DNA of 64,000 nt from Eledone cirrhosa. Taxonomy: Eukaryota. Position 1 is the first letter of the stretch; each line of letters opens with the position of its first letter. The notes beneath the pieces are model-generated. The model was not told the origin of the DNA, did not search any database, and saw only the letters and a program-made list of their open reading frames with translations. Position numbers and translations under genes: made by a program. Positions 14,300 through 28,168 of this stretch are shown here, piece after piece. The stretch is from assembly GCA_964016885.1 (NCBI GenBank), contig OZ024744.1:75206001-75270000 (forward strand), given 5' to 3'.

Positions 14300-14425
14300 T
14301 TTACGTTCTGAGTTCAAATCCCGCCGAGGTAAACTTTGCCTTTCAGCCTTACGGGGTCGATAAAATAAAACACCAGCAATGCAACGGGATAATTGCTGGC
14401 CTTGTGCCAAAAGTTGAAACAATTA
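14300..14425 (+). mobile_element. SINE, 5'-truncated
   Basis: B-box plus central domain and tail of the dominant family. Confidence 0.85.
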
Positions 14426-14700
14426 TTAAGTATTATACATATTCAGAAGCAATATAATTGATTATACAATGATCTGATAATTTTTACCATTGAAGGATTA
14501 CATTTTTCCTGATAATATAATAACCATCAATGTTTATATTTTCATTAAAGATGTAGTCTGCCGATAGTTCAACTATTTATTTTTTTCATAAATTAGCATG
14601 TAGTCATGGATATGTACACGCATATATAATACATACGTTTATATTGCTTTTGAAGATGTATAAGATTTAATAATACTATTTTATACTCAATATTAGTATT

Positions 14701-14958
14701 AGTTACCAAAAAATCTGCTCTGTTCACTGCCCTCGGTAAGGCCTTTCGGGAGAGCGATTAAATGTTACTCAAACCCTTCCATATCCCACGTCATATCTTC
14801 ACATTTCCTAACTTTGTATTGCCAAGACATTTCGTCTCACACAAAAAAGATAGGGCCTGATATTTCGTGATAGAGTTATATATATATACATTACTTGTAA
14901 GTAAAAAATAATTAGTTAATAGAAGTAATGTCCGTTGCTACGTAAACACACGCATACG

Positions 14959-14989
<31 letters not shown>

Positions 14990-15120
14990 GCTTATGAATA
15001 AATACATATACACACATATACGTGTATGCATATAAATATATATATATATTTATGCATATATATGTGCATCTATATATATATATATATACATCTAATGAAG
15101 AATACATGGGGAAAATAATA

Positions 15121-15171
<51 letters not shown>

Positions 15172-15544
15172 TGCACATATATATGCATAAATATATATAT
15201 ATATATTTATATGCATACACATATATGTGTGTATATGTATTTATGCATATGTGTGTGTGTGGGAGGGGGGGGGGGTGTATGCGTGTGTTTACGTAGCAAC
15301 GGACATTACTTCTATTAACTAATTATTTTTTACTTACAAGTAATGTATATATATATAACTCTATCACGAAATACCAGGCCCTATCTTTTTTGTGTGAGAC
15401 GAAATGTCTTGGCAATACAAAGTTAGGAAATGTGAAGATATGACGTGGGATATGGAAGGGTTTGAGTAACATTTAATCGCTCCCCCGAAAGGCCTTACCG
15501 AGGGCAGTGAAAAGAGCAGATTTTTTTGTAACTGACTACATCTT

Positions 15545-15547
<3 letters not shown>
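14701..15547. repeat. Large inverted duplication centred on (TA)n
   Basis: About 14701-15080 is the near-exact reverse complement of about 15160-15533, including internal microsatellites. Confidence 0.9.
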
Positions 15548-15576
<29 letters not shown>

Positions 15577-15631
15577 TAGATACATTTCTTTTTATTTGCC
15601 ACCAGGGCATCATATATATATATATATATAG

Positions 15632-15699
<68 letters not shown>

Positions 15700-15994
15700 A
15701 ATATATTTATATATATATGTATATATATTCTATACAGATATGTATGAGTGTCCGTATATGTATTTACATTTACAGTTTGCTTGTGTCCCGTAACTATGTA
15801 GTTAGAAAAGAATAGATCGATAAAATAAGTGCTAGATAAAAAAAATTTACTGGGATCGATATAATCGACTAAATCCCGCTAAAGTATTGCCCCATCATGG
15901 CCGCAGTCTAATGACTGAAAACATCGGAAGAATAAAATGTACATATGTATTGGACTGTTTCCAGTATATATAGATGTTTGCCTGTACATATATT

Positions 15995-16445
<451 letters not shown>

Positions 16446-16726
16446 AATACATATATGTATGTATATGTATGTGTGTGAGAGAGATTCTGTGCATGCGCAT
16501 TTATCTAAGTGCACACTTAAACAAATGTGGTAGGCGTGTTTGTGTGAAAAGGGGGTCATATGGTGCGTGTGTTTAACAAGTAGCAATATATCTCTGCCAA
16601 AATAAAATAACTGTTTCGACATAGGATTTCGGATCAAAACTCTTGCCAAATATATATGAGAAAGGATAATTATTAAATAAAAATTAAAGAACGCTATCGC
16701 CATTCGACTACACATACATACATGCC

Positions 16727-16816
<90 letters not shown>

Positions 16817-16880
16817 CACACACACATACACACGCACGCACACACACACACGCACATACAAACACACACACATACACACG

Positions 16881-16912
<32 letters not shown>

Positions 16913-17152
16913 TAACAAACACACACACACACGCACATATATATATATATAATTACACATGTACGCGCAAACAGACACACATACATGCATCTATCTATCT
17001 ATCTACCTACATATGTATATATATACACACACACACATATATATATATACACACACAAACCGAGCTTCCCTTCTATGTAGGGCGAATGGCAAATAATTCT
17101 ATCCGTTCCACAATTAACAGCAGCAGTTCGACATTCTTCATATATGTATATA

Positions 17153-17208
<56 letters not shown>

Positions 17209-17213
<5 letters not shown>

Positions 17214-17525
17214 AAATTGAGGTTGGTAATGGCACATGGAATATATAAGAGACAGAATACTTTTTTGTGAAAAAACATATAATTTTATAAGGTAAGGAAA
17301 TAATTAAGTGTATAAAAAATGACCGGTTTCGATGGGTCTGCAAAAGCCATCTTTTCAAATGTTGATTAATCAACATTTGAAAAGATGGCTTTTGCAGACC
17401 CATCGAAACCGGTCATTTTTTATACCCTTTATTATTTCCTTACCTTATAAAATTATGTTTTTTCACAAAAAAGTATTCTGTCTCCTATATATTCCATGTG
17501 CCATTACCAACCTCAATTTTCTCTA
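17209..17525. mobile_element. Zero-loop palindrome with hammerhead-like motif
   Basis: Centre GTTGATT|AATCAAC at 17367/17368; arms about 158 bp; the right arm has TTGAAAA-GATGG...CCATC-GAAA-CCGG-TC. Confidence 0.8.
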
Positions 17526-17599
17526 TAACCTTCGTTTTGTGTAGTAAATTACACTTTCCATTTATATATATATATATATATATAATATTATATATATAT

Positions 17600-17644
<45 letters not shown>

Positions 17645-18224
17645 GGAAAGGAATGAAACGAAATTTCATTTCTCACTCTTAGTACGGCTGATACGCTAAA
17701 TATAAGTATGTACACGTACATACATATATGTATACAGACGTACAGTAGTATGTATATATAAAAATAAGAATAAGAAGAAAGTAAGAACGGGGGCAGGGGA
17801 GTTGTCTGCCGAGAGTCTCGGATATTTCTACGCATATATATATATATATATATATGTGTGCATATATATATATATGTGTTATGTCCTTTTATCCCATTAC
17901 TCTATCTACCTGGAGTTGCGATAGATACTGTTACCAACTGGAAAGACCATTGTTTCCTCGGCAGTCGACAAACACACACACACACACATATGTATATATA
18001 CATACATACATATGTGTGAATGTATATATACATATATAATCAGTTACAACACTGACATATACAGGTACTTAAGTTTCGTTGGGTTATATACACCAACACA
18101 TTCAGCCTGTCATATAAAGAAAGATGGCTACAACGACACGCACACACACACATACACACATAGATATTCACTAATATATACATATACATACACACACACA
18201 TATATATTTGTGTGTGTGTGTGTG

Positions 18225-18526
18225 TAAGATCCCGATGTAAATCGGGATCCGATTACAGTTGAAAAAGGTACTCAATATGTAACTAGGTTATAGGTATATT
18301 CATTCTATTAGAGAAAAGAAATCCTACAGGACTAAAGCTGTTAATTCGCAAGAATCCTGTTGATATCGTACGAATGATACAGCTCTAGTCCTCTAGATTC
18401 TAATGATTTCTAAAGAATGAAACAGTTCTAGTCCTGTAGAATCTCATCTATATTAAAACTTTATACTCTGATATGTATTGAGTACCTTACTTACTGTGGT
18501 TACCTCCGATTCAACCGGAATAACGT
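18225..18526. mobile_element. Two tail-out pLTR-like ends of the GAAACAGTTCTAGTCCTGTAG family
   Basis: CTAATGA-TTTC(taaa)GAAT-GAAA-CAG-TT-CTAG at 18400-18431 with a tail ending CCGGAATAACG; relatives at about 6322, 30314, 34700 and 47437. Confidence 0.75.
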
Positions 18527-18677
18527 ATCTATATATATATATATATGTATGTTTTGAAACAAGTGAGCAGGTTTGAAATTAGAAATAGAATAGCTTTCAT
18601 CGTATTTTTTTGACTAAAGAAATTTTAGTCTGATAACGTGGTTTAGAACCCTCAGATAAATGGAAATAGATGAGTAT

Positions 18678-18748
18678 TGATGTACATGGGAGTCGAACCC
18701 ACATCTTTGGTTATCCAGACCACTCTGCTACCATTACACCAACACATC
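18678..18748 (-). tRNA. tRNA-like sequence (pseudo-tRNA, GGA at the anticodon position) inside an inverted repeat
   Basis: 71-nt cloverleaf GATGTGT-TG-GTGT-AATGGTA-GCAG-A-GTGGT-CTGGATA-ACCAA-AGAT-GTGGG-TTCGACT-CCCAT-GTACATC-A; A and B boxes intact; one mismatch each in the D and anticodon stems; no long variable arm. Confidence 0.6.
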
Positions 18749-18799
18749 ACCCCATTATCAGACTAAAATTTCTTTAGTAAAAAAAATACGGTGAAAGTT

Positions 18800-18942
<143 letters not shown>

Positions 18943-19439
18943 TTAACTTTGGTGTGACAACGGATATACATATATTTATGTCTACATATTTGAAAGATAT
19001 CTGTCTATCATTAATGAAAGAAAAGATATATATTTATGTCTAAAGAAATATAGGCAACCAATAGAGCAACCAGCCAACTAACCGGCCAGTTAAGAAGTCA
19101 GTCAGCTACCGTCGTCAGCAACCACACCACTAGCCAACAAAGAAATAACGACATCATCACCAACAGCAGTAGCAAACTATATCTGCAGAAGGCTAACACA
19201 TAATGACATAGCTAGCTGTCCTTGATAGCGTGTCTGTCGTACACACTAATGATGTGTCGACTCAAACCGAAGCAGGCTAAATTTAATGACGACATCTGCG
19301 TTCCAGTTAATCTGCCAGATACCACCAGTACAGCTGTCGCAACGTACTAACTATGCTCCGTTTGCTGGCTTCTTTCTCGTCGACATTCGGTTCTCGACGT
19401 CTCGTTTTGTATCAGAAACTGGTTGGTTGCCAAGAGACG

Positions 19440-19441
<2 letters not shown>

Positions 19442-19520
<79 letters not shown>

Positions 19521-19700
19521 AGAAGAAGAAGAAGAAGAAGAAGAAGAAGAAGAAGAAGAAGAAGAAGAAGAAGAAGAAGAAGAAGAAGAAGAAGAGAAGA
19601 AGAAGAAGAAGAAGAAGAAGAAGAAGAAGAAGAAGAAGGAAGAAGAAGAAGAAGAAGAAGAAGAGAGAAGAAGAAGAAGGAGGAGGAGGGGAGAAGAAGA
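19442..19700. repeat. Compound (GA)n/(GAA)n polypurine tract
   Basis: Seen directly; about 260 bp of pure purine on the plus strand. Confidence 0.95.
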
Positions 19701-20609
19701 CCACGGCAAATGACACGCCAGATACTGTAAAACAGCCACTGACAGTAGAAGCTCTCAACGACATCTGTAGATGTGTATAGATATCTCAGTAAATGCTTTC
19801 TACATAACGCGGAAGCTTTACAATATACCGTGTTGGAGGGCCCATTCAAGGGATCCAAAATAGAATTACTGCTAGATAAATGTAAATGATCCTTCCGACT
19901 TCCGTTTTTCGATTTTTCTCGTTAATTCTAATAAGAATAGACCATATGATATTGGACAGGTTCAGTGCAAAGAAGCATATAATGTAGCTCACCGACATTA
20001 GGACACAGTATCGTAGCTATCAGTGAGAACAGGATTTTCTAGTTGCATTTGCTCGCCATCTTCTGTTCAATTACAGGTTTTACGCTATTCTTACTCGGTT
20101 CGAAATTCGCGGTATGACAGGGCTGTTTCGGAAGCATCTGGTTCTAAAGTGTATACATAATCTTCTTAAATCTGGAAGAGTCAGATGTCCTAGACGTGAA
20201 CAAAAAGGAGCCTTGCATATGGTGATAGAAGCTGAAGGATCCAATTCTACAGACGTATAGAGACATTCATCAGAAAATGACATTCGTAACAATTAGTGAA
20301 TGAATTGAATGGCATCATAGACGCACGCGTGTATTATGGGAGTAGTCAGGTGAAAGGTAGTCAAATATACTTACACGCCTTAACGCACCAATATAGTCTT
20401 GGACAAATATTAGCTGGTTATCAAAGTCGTATTTAGTTCTCGTCAGATTAGCCAACATGTATACACTAGTTTGCCTAATAGTTTCGTATAATTAGCTACC
20501 CGGATCATAACTTAGTGAACTATACAGTCAACTGAGAAAGTACAAATAGATAAGGGTACGCTTAATGTAAGCTGGGCTTGTCTTTCTCAGCGACAAGTTA
20601 ATCGACTAA

Positions 20610-21927
20610 GTTAAGCCTGAATTAACAGCACTCATAACCAACAAGATGTGACGAATCACATGTAACGAAAATCTGATCAGCAAATAAAAAGTTCTGGCAA
20701 ACCATCCGCCAACTTTGTAATAAGAAGTCCTCCTCCACACTTCTATGAGGAACGCGTCTAGGACTCTCCTTTCTTCAGAGAGGTGCATCCTCATGAGGTG
20801 GAAGGAATAATTTCCTGATTTCCTAAACCCGATTACAGCAACATCTTCTGATGTACATGAGGTGCACCTGGAAGTGATGACTAATCTCTCTGAGGCTGGG
20901 GTCACAAGAGCAATTACAGAGCTTAAATGCTACAAGGCTGCTGAGGAGAATTAAATTCAGCCAGACTCATGTGTGTCGGGTAGACTGATCTCTGGAAATG
21001 TATGTAAGCAATGCCAATCGAGCGTGATAATCCCAATTCTCAAAAATTGAGACAATTATAGAGGAATGACCTTGTTAAGCCCTCATTGGTAAAATCTATG
21101 CCAAGATGTCTGGCAAAAGAGATGTAGGTAGATTGTCGAGTTCAAACTAGTTGATGTTCAGTGTGGTTTTTATCTCCGACGTATCACAGCTGACCAAGTA
21201 TTCACGATGCAGCAACTCTTTGAGAAATAGTGGAAGTACTGCCAAGAGGAGGATTCTTGCTTTGTAGTCCTCGAAAAGGCATATGACGGTGCCCCACGGA
21301 ACCTGCTGTGGGAGGTTATGCAGGCGTATGGGATCGATGATCATCTTCTGTTGCCCTGGTGTCTCTATACGAATGCCTGAGTATTTGTGCTCGAATAAAC
21401 GGTGTTAAATCATAATCATCCACTGTACGAGTTGGTTATCAGAAGAAGGGGGGTTAGGCGTAAAGCTAAACTCAATATCTTTAATTCGGTATTAATGCCA
21501 ACCCTTCTCTATAGTCATAAATATTGGGTAATGACCGAAAGAATACCATCACTAATACAAGCCTTTGGAGTAACATTGCAGGATAGAAATCAGAGAGTCA
21601 CTCCAAGTAAAATCATTACTTCTCCGAATTGAGAGATCACAGCTCTGATATTATGAGTATTGCGGTTAGAATGTCTCAGGAAAGAATAGCTGGACAGGTT
21701 TTTCGGGCAAAACCAACCGGCAAGAGACCCAGAGTAGACCCTGAGTAAGATGGTTTGATAACAACCATGAGCTCGGCTGGTCCTCCTTGGGGAACCAGCC
21801 GGATCAGTTGAAGAAGAAGAAGAAGAAGAAGAAGAAGAAGAAGAAGAAGAAGAAGAAGAAGAAGAAGAAGAAGAAGAAGAAGAAGAAGAAGAAGAAGAAG
21901 AAGAAGAAGAAGAAGAAGAAGAAGAAG

Positions 21928-21957
<30 letters not shown>
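20610..21957 (+). mobile_element. Decayed RTE-clade LINE with (GAA)n tail
   Basis: NYRGMTLLSP, QCGF...TADQVFTMQQLFEK, AKLNIFNSVLMPTLLYSHKYWVMTER and GKRPR..P fragments followed by (GAA)n at 21809-21957. Confidence 0.85.
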
Positions 21958-21958
<1 letters not shown>

Positions 21959-22149
21959 TGGGGGACGTATTGACTCGAGCTCTATTAGTATTACTACTTA
22001 TTTACTATAGTCTTCTACTACATCTGGAATCAGGGTAAGGACTTTGCCAATTGGTTGACTAAAATAAATTGCGGTGTTGCTTCTGAGAAATTATCTCAAC
22101 AATGAAGTAATAGACAATTCAGGACTATATTTTTGCTAAACACCAGAAT

Positions 22150-22320
22150 TCACGATTCTTGGAAAAGCTTCCGGTAGGTCGGTCATTATCACTTGACGGC
22201 AGTCCTCGAGTAAGCCGTCTTCGGACCCGTTTTCAGGGGATGGATCACTGCAATGCACAACGACATCTGCTCTGTAATTAGAGTGAACGGTCACCTCTCT
22301 GAACTGTTCAATATTGTGCG
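22150..22320 (+). mobile_element. Tx1/L1-like RT fragment
   Basis: FGPVFRGWITAMHNDICSVIRVNGHLSELFNIV; diverged inverted homologue of about 23280-23400. Confidence 0.7.
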
Positions 22321-22839
22321 TTTGTCTTTATTTGAATAGTTAGATTCAGTTAAACTTATGCAAAAGCTGACAGATTTATCCACGACTTCCTCCACTTTCT
22401 TCGAACAGCCTTGAGAAGAACGGAAATAGATTTAGCGTCGGTAGGGCACTCATCAATTTCGATATGTCAATAGCTTACGAAAATGTCAACAATCGCTAAC
22501 TGACAGCTGTCTTGACAGCTGTCGGTTTCTGACCCACCTTAAGACGTTCAACCACTAAAATTTTCAGTTGTCAAACTAAGAGCATCGTACGCTAAATTCA
22601 TCATGGATGCCTCACCTCCTCTCCCCTATACAGTGTCATCGTTATAGAAGTTAGGGATAGCGTGAGGTATTCCCTCGGCAAAATCCTGATGAACAACACC
22701 TTGGAAAGCGAGATGTTTGGTAGCATTTATTGCGAGGGCACACATCAACAGGTTTAAGTTGGTAGGTATGCAGCATTGCTCCTTTAGAGGCAAATCTGTG
22801 CTGGCCAATGTCACGTAGCGCCATTTTTTGTAACTTGAT

Positions 22840-23470
22840 TGCTGGGCAGAATCTGCTTTGTAACAGACGTTTCAGTAATTGATTCCATTGGCCCATTTCT
22901 GGGTGATATACTGCTCGTTATTTCGTCCCAGTTTTTGTTCATCTTGAAGTCGAGCAAATAAATCATTCTCTCCGTCCAATACTCGACAATGTTGTTGAAT
23001 GGCATGAATATGCCTTTCCAGGTTCCTAGCCGCAGGCCCACTCACTTTTCCTGGCTAATTTCCTCTCCTGTCACCGCCTCATACTCTCTGGGAGCAGTGC
23101 CAATCACTACAATGTGTTTGGTGTTCAAAACTACAGCAGTAACATCGTCAGCATATGCTGATACATATCTCCCATGTCCTAGTTCACGTGGGATGCCCTT
23201 CAACGTCTTCAATATGTGCAGTAGTGGCTCGAGAAGCAATACAATAGCGACAAGAGGGGACAACGTGGGTGGACCAAGCGCATGATGTTGAACCGTTTAG
23301 AGCGGTGACCGTTCATTCTAATTACAGACAGATGTCGATGAGCATTGCAGTGATCCATCCCCTGAAAACGAGTCCGAGACCACCGATAAGTAACGATGCT
23401 TGACCTATCAAAAGCTTTCGATCTGAAACAGAAGGCTTATTTTTGCTGCCCATGACCAGAGCCTCTTTAT
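22840..23470 (-). mobile_element. Tx1/L1-like RT fragment
   Basis: SPLVAIVLLLEPLL...VSAYADDVT...YEAVTG..IS.EK and GLRLGTW motifs. Confidence 0.85.
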
Positions 23471-23489
23471 TAGGAATTATCTGACAAAT

Positions 23490-24030
23490 ATTCTCAGAAA
23501 TGGAGCAGAATCCAAATGCAGCTTAAAAGAATTCCTCATTAGCATCCAACTGAATATAAGATTAGACATGATAGAGTAGGGCAATATATCCATTGGATAA
23601 TATGCAAACAATACAATGCAGAACATGCAGAAAACTGGTATGAACATAAACCACAACCAGTAACTAAGACTTAAAGAGCAACAATCCTTTGGGACTTTAC
23701 CATTCACACAGATCGCACTATTAATGCAAACAGCCGTGATATTATTAAAGATTTGAAAAACAGGACCTGCTTACTCATTGACATGACTGTAGCGTCTGAT
23801 AGAAATGTGTCAGCCAAAGTGTATGAGAAACTTGCTAATTAACAAGATCTAGAAATTGAGATAAACAGAATGTTACACCTTAAAACACAAACTATTCCAA
23901 TAGTGATAGGAGCTCTAGGTGTCACGAAGAAAGGTATTCAAAAATTTCTAGAAAACATACCTGGTAAACCTAGCATCTATGAAATCCAAAAGATAGTTCT
24001 AACAATTATCGCTCACATACTTCGTGTTTC
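23490..24030 (+). mobile_element. R4/Dong-clade non-LTR 3' end (RLE endonuclease)
   Basis: EYKIRHDRVGQYIHW, LWDFTIHTDRTI..., CLLIDMTVASDRNVSAK..EK, TIPIVIGALG. Confidence 0.85.
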
Positions 24031-24357
24031 TTTTGTGTTTATAACATATAGTGCAAATGTAATTATTATATTTAATACTATTCAAATATCCTTAAATCAA
24101 AATTAATTCATATCTTTTATATTCCTTAATACTTCATTTTATCTCCCCCTACTCCTACCTTTTTATATTTTCTCTTTCTTTTTAAACGTATCAACTTTTG
24201 TGATGTGAGTTGTTAAGTGAATGTGAGGACGGAACATAATAAAATAAAAGACTATCGGAAACTGTCAAAACCAACGATGCCTGCCCTTATTTCTGGTTGA
24301 TAGACGTTAGTCATTGCACATAAAACGAAATCGAAGGAAAATATAATAATAATTATT

Positions 24358-24778
24358 ACTATTTCTATAATAGGCACAAGGCCAGCAAATTGATGGGGAG
24401 GTGAAAGTCGATTAAATCGACCCCAATGCATTACTGGTGCTTTATTTATCGACTCCGTAAGGATGAAAGGCAAGGCAAGGCTAATAATAATAATAATAAT
24501 AATTGTTTCATTTATTGGCCACAAGGGCCGACATATAGTGGACAATAGAAAGACAGGGACAGAGGGAGGTTTACAAATAACAATGTGTAACCAATATAAA
24601 TAACTTTTTCTACATTTGGCACAAGTCCAGCAATTATCCCAGTGTATTACTGGTACTTTATTTTATCGACCCCCGTAAGGATGAAAGGCAAAGTTAATCT
24701 CAGATCATAAAGGGCCGTAGCTCTATGCGTCAAAGCATGGCCTCCGACCTTCTACCGATACTGCCAATCCACTGCCCT
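24358..24778 (-). mobile_element. Two SINE copies (about 24358-24480 partial and 24604-24778)
   Basis: Same central domain and tail as 13370-13553. Confidence 0.85.
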
Positions 24779-25355
24779 ATAACCAATATAAATAACAATG
24801 ACAAAAATAACACTAAAATTATAACAAATTACATTCCCTAATGAGGGGGATAACCGCCCAAGGACGAATCAGATACCCCACTAATAATACCAATAATTTT
24901 ATTGATGTTGTTTCAGGTCTTTGCAGCGGGTACTCGAGTCCTAGTTATTAAAAACTTCGTGAAAACCTGCTTTTCAATATTTGTCTAGGTTATTTTAGGG
25001 CAAAGAAATCGATTCTGGACACTTTTGCATTGACTTCTGTCATTTGCTACACATAGTTCAACATGAGGTTTCGTATTGTGATAGCGCATTACAGCTGTGA
25101 TAGCAACAATGTAAACTAATACTAGTGATAAAATTAAAAGAGACAATCACGGCAAAATGACAAACAACAACCACAAATTTTCACACAAAATTTTGAAAAT
25201 GTTGCAACCAGTCCGGTCAATGAAACACTTTTGTCAAGGGTATGTATGAACAATATGAGAAACGCATGGGCAGAGTCAGAGACAAGGAGAAATAAATAAA
25301 TTAATAAAATTAAAATGGCGTAGCCTTTACAATACAACGGAATGAAACATGATAG

Positions 25356-25399
25356 TACCACTGATGATGTCGCAGATGTGCGACGAAATAACTTTGATA
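25356..25399 (+). ncRNA. Hammerhead motif
   Basis: TACCA-CTGATGA-t-GTCGCA(gatg)TGCGAC-GAAA-taac-TT-TGATA, ending next to (TA)n; stems I and III are imperfect. Confidence 0.55.
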
Positions 25400-25645
25400 G
25401 ATTATATATATATATATATATATGTATTTTTATCTGTATTTTTAGCCGTTGGTCAATCAATGATAAGCATTGATTGCCAAATATATTAACTATAGAGATA
25501 TAAAAGATACAGAAGCGAAAACCAAACCAAACAGTGGGTGTGTTCTGTTATTATTTCTGGCGATATTATAACAATATGACTCTCCTCAAGTATAATAATA
25601 ATAATATAATAATAATATATATATATATATATATATAGTAATAAT

Positions 25646-25833
25646 AATTGTTTCTACTTTAGGCACAAGGCCAGCAATTAACCAGTGCATTACTGGTGCT
25701 TTATTTTATCGACCCCGTAAGGATGAAAGGCAAAGTCAACCGCGGCGGGATTTGAACTCAGATCGTAAAGGGACGTAACTATGCTGGAAAGCATGGCGTC
25801 CGACCCTCTACCGATACTGCCAATCAACCGCCC
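25646..25833 (-). mobile_element. Full-length SINE
   Basis: Near-identical to 13370-13553. Confidence 0.9.
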
Positions 25834-26002
25834 TTATATATATAGTAATAATAATGATACACACACACACATACACACACACGCACACACACATATATAT
25901 GAAATGAAGTAAAACCAAGGTTAACAACTTAAGTCCATTATTATAAATATATACAGTATATATGTATATATATATAAATATCTATATATCTATATATATA
26001 TA

Positions 26003-26121
<119 letters not shown>

Positions 26122-26233
26122 TGATAACACCGGATTTAAGTGATTAACCTTGGTTTTAATTCATTTCATATATATGTGTGCGTGCGTGTGTGTGTATGTG
26201 TATGTGTGTGAGTGTATTATTATTATTATTATA

Positions 26234-26276
<43 letters not shown>

Positions 26277-26365
26277 ATATATATTATATATATATAGTGG
26301 TAGACACTGGAAGGTAATATCCGTGGTGGTAGAGCACTCAGCCTATGGTATAACCATGTCCATTA

Positions 26366-26404
26366 CGAGCAGAGGATCCGCTAAGGTGAAACAATTGTTT
26401 TCGG
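26366..26404 (+). ncRNA. Hammerhead motif of the CAATTG family (core variant CAGAGGA)
   Basis: CGAG-CAGAGGA-TCC(gctaa)GGT-GAAA-CAATTG-TT-TTCG. Confidence 0.55.
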
Positions 26405-26447
26405 TATGGTGAACTAACTTATCTCTCTCTCTCTCTGTCTCTCTCTG

Positions 26448-26483
<36 letters not shown>

Positions 26484-26920
26484 TATATATATACAGTAAT
26501 AATAATAAATTTGAAGACTAGTTTAAGTTTGGCAGAAATATACAAGAGTAAGATCACTCAGTCCATAGAACGTTAGGTTATACCCACAAACTCATTCAGC
26601 CTGTTATATAAATAAAGATGGCTACAACAACGATAGCCATCTTTCAAGGGCAGGTAATTTCGAAATTAGCTATGAATGAATAAACAAAATTAATCTGGTT
26701 TAATAACTGATAATTTCGATATTGCCCTTGAAGAACTCTCATATATTTTTTGAGGGGGGAAAAATGAAAGTTACTTCTCTCGGAACCCCATAAACACCAG
26801 AATAAAGGTAAACAAATACAACAAACATAGACTAAGATTCATTCACCACAGGAAATACAATTACACAGTTACAAATACCACGGTTATCACAATTCATCAT
26901 CGTGTGTGCATATGCATATA

Positions 26921-27073
<153 letters not shown>

Positions 27074-27130
27074 GTATATATATAGATGTATATATATAGA
27101 TGTATATATGTATATATGTATATATATACA

Positions 27131-27183
<53 letters not shown>

Positions 27184-27199
27184 GCATTAGTAATAATAA

Positions 27200-27407
27200 T
27201 AACTTTGAAGACTAAAATCCAAAGAGGGCTCGATAAGGATAAATATATATCAAATATATAAGAACCGTAAAGCAATTATTTATTAAAATAACAGATTAAA
27301 GTTTAAGCAAAGAATCGCTGCTTTCCCCCTTAACGGGGTCTTCTGAAGATCCCGTTAAGGCTGAGAACAGCGATTCTTTGCTTAAACTTTAATCTGTTAT
27401 TTTAATA
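27200..27407. mobile_element. Fold-back pLTR-like element with relatives at 49675-49822 and 56376-56552
   Basis: Palindrome centred on TCTTC-T-GAAGA (27344); shared GAAGATCCCGTTAAGG...CAGCGATTCTTTGCTTAAACTTTAAT. Confidence 0.75.
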
Positions 27408-27443
27408 CATATATATACATATATATATATACATATATATATA

Positions 27444-27587
<144 letters not shown>

Positions 27588-27594
27588 CATATAT

Positions 27595-28168
27595 GGTGGC
27601 TGCCAACTCGTTTTCGAGTACGGCCACTACTTTGTATCCATGTAGGAGAACCCCTAACGATGCGCTGAACGAATGTGACTTTTTAGTTCAGCCAGCGACT
27701 TGAAAACTCTGGTACAAAGACTACACTTGTGACCATTATTGACACATAGTGCAGGGCCCATGGTACCATGTGATGACAAGTGCAGAGAGATCTCCAGATA
27801 TAAAGCAATGCCTGTGCTGTGAAGCTTTTATAGTGAGCAAAGTCACTGCACAAAGCCAGTCCCACTCTCTTAACCAAGATGATATTTACCAAAAAGAAGA
27901 ACAAGTCAACATCATTGGATACCATCAGGGTTGCAGGTGTTATATCAGAGTTTTCCTTCTCCTAGAATTCTGCCTTGACAAAGTAAGGGGTCATCTCTCC
28001 CGGTGATTTTGGATGGCTATTGACTCTTAAGAGCTCCCTTGCAGGATGTCCAAAGTCACCCTCCTCACCAAGAAACCTTGGTGGGGTTGCCAGTTTAGTC
28101 GCCAACGACCCGACCATGAGACAGGTTGTACTGGGATACATGTTACCAGTAGCACCAACTGGTGACCT
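27595..28168 (-). mobile_element. Retroelement leader (RTE-like 5' UTR), with a second copy at 49846-50148 (+)
   Basis: Shared GTGCTACTGGTAACATGTA.CCCAGTACAACCTGTC...GACTAAAC.GGCAACCCCACCAAG and GAGAGTGGGA.TGGCT...GCACAGGCATTGC; both copies start at (TA)n. The RTE assignment is inference. Confidence 0.6.

Noticed and set aside
18630-18677. CTGATAA...GAAA as a hammerhead next to the tRNA-like sequence
   Set aside because: No pairing stem I or II could be built.
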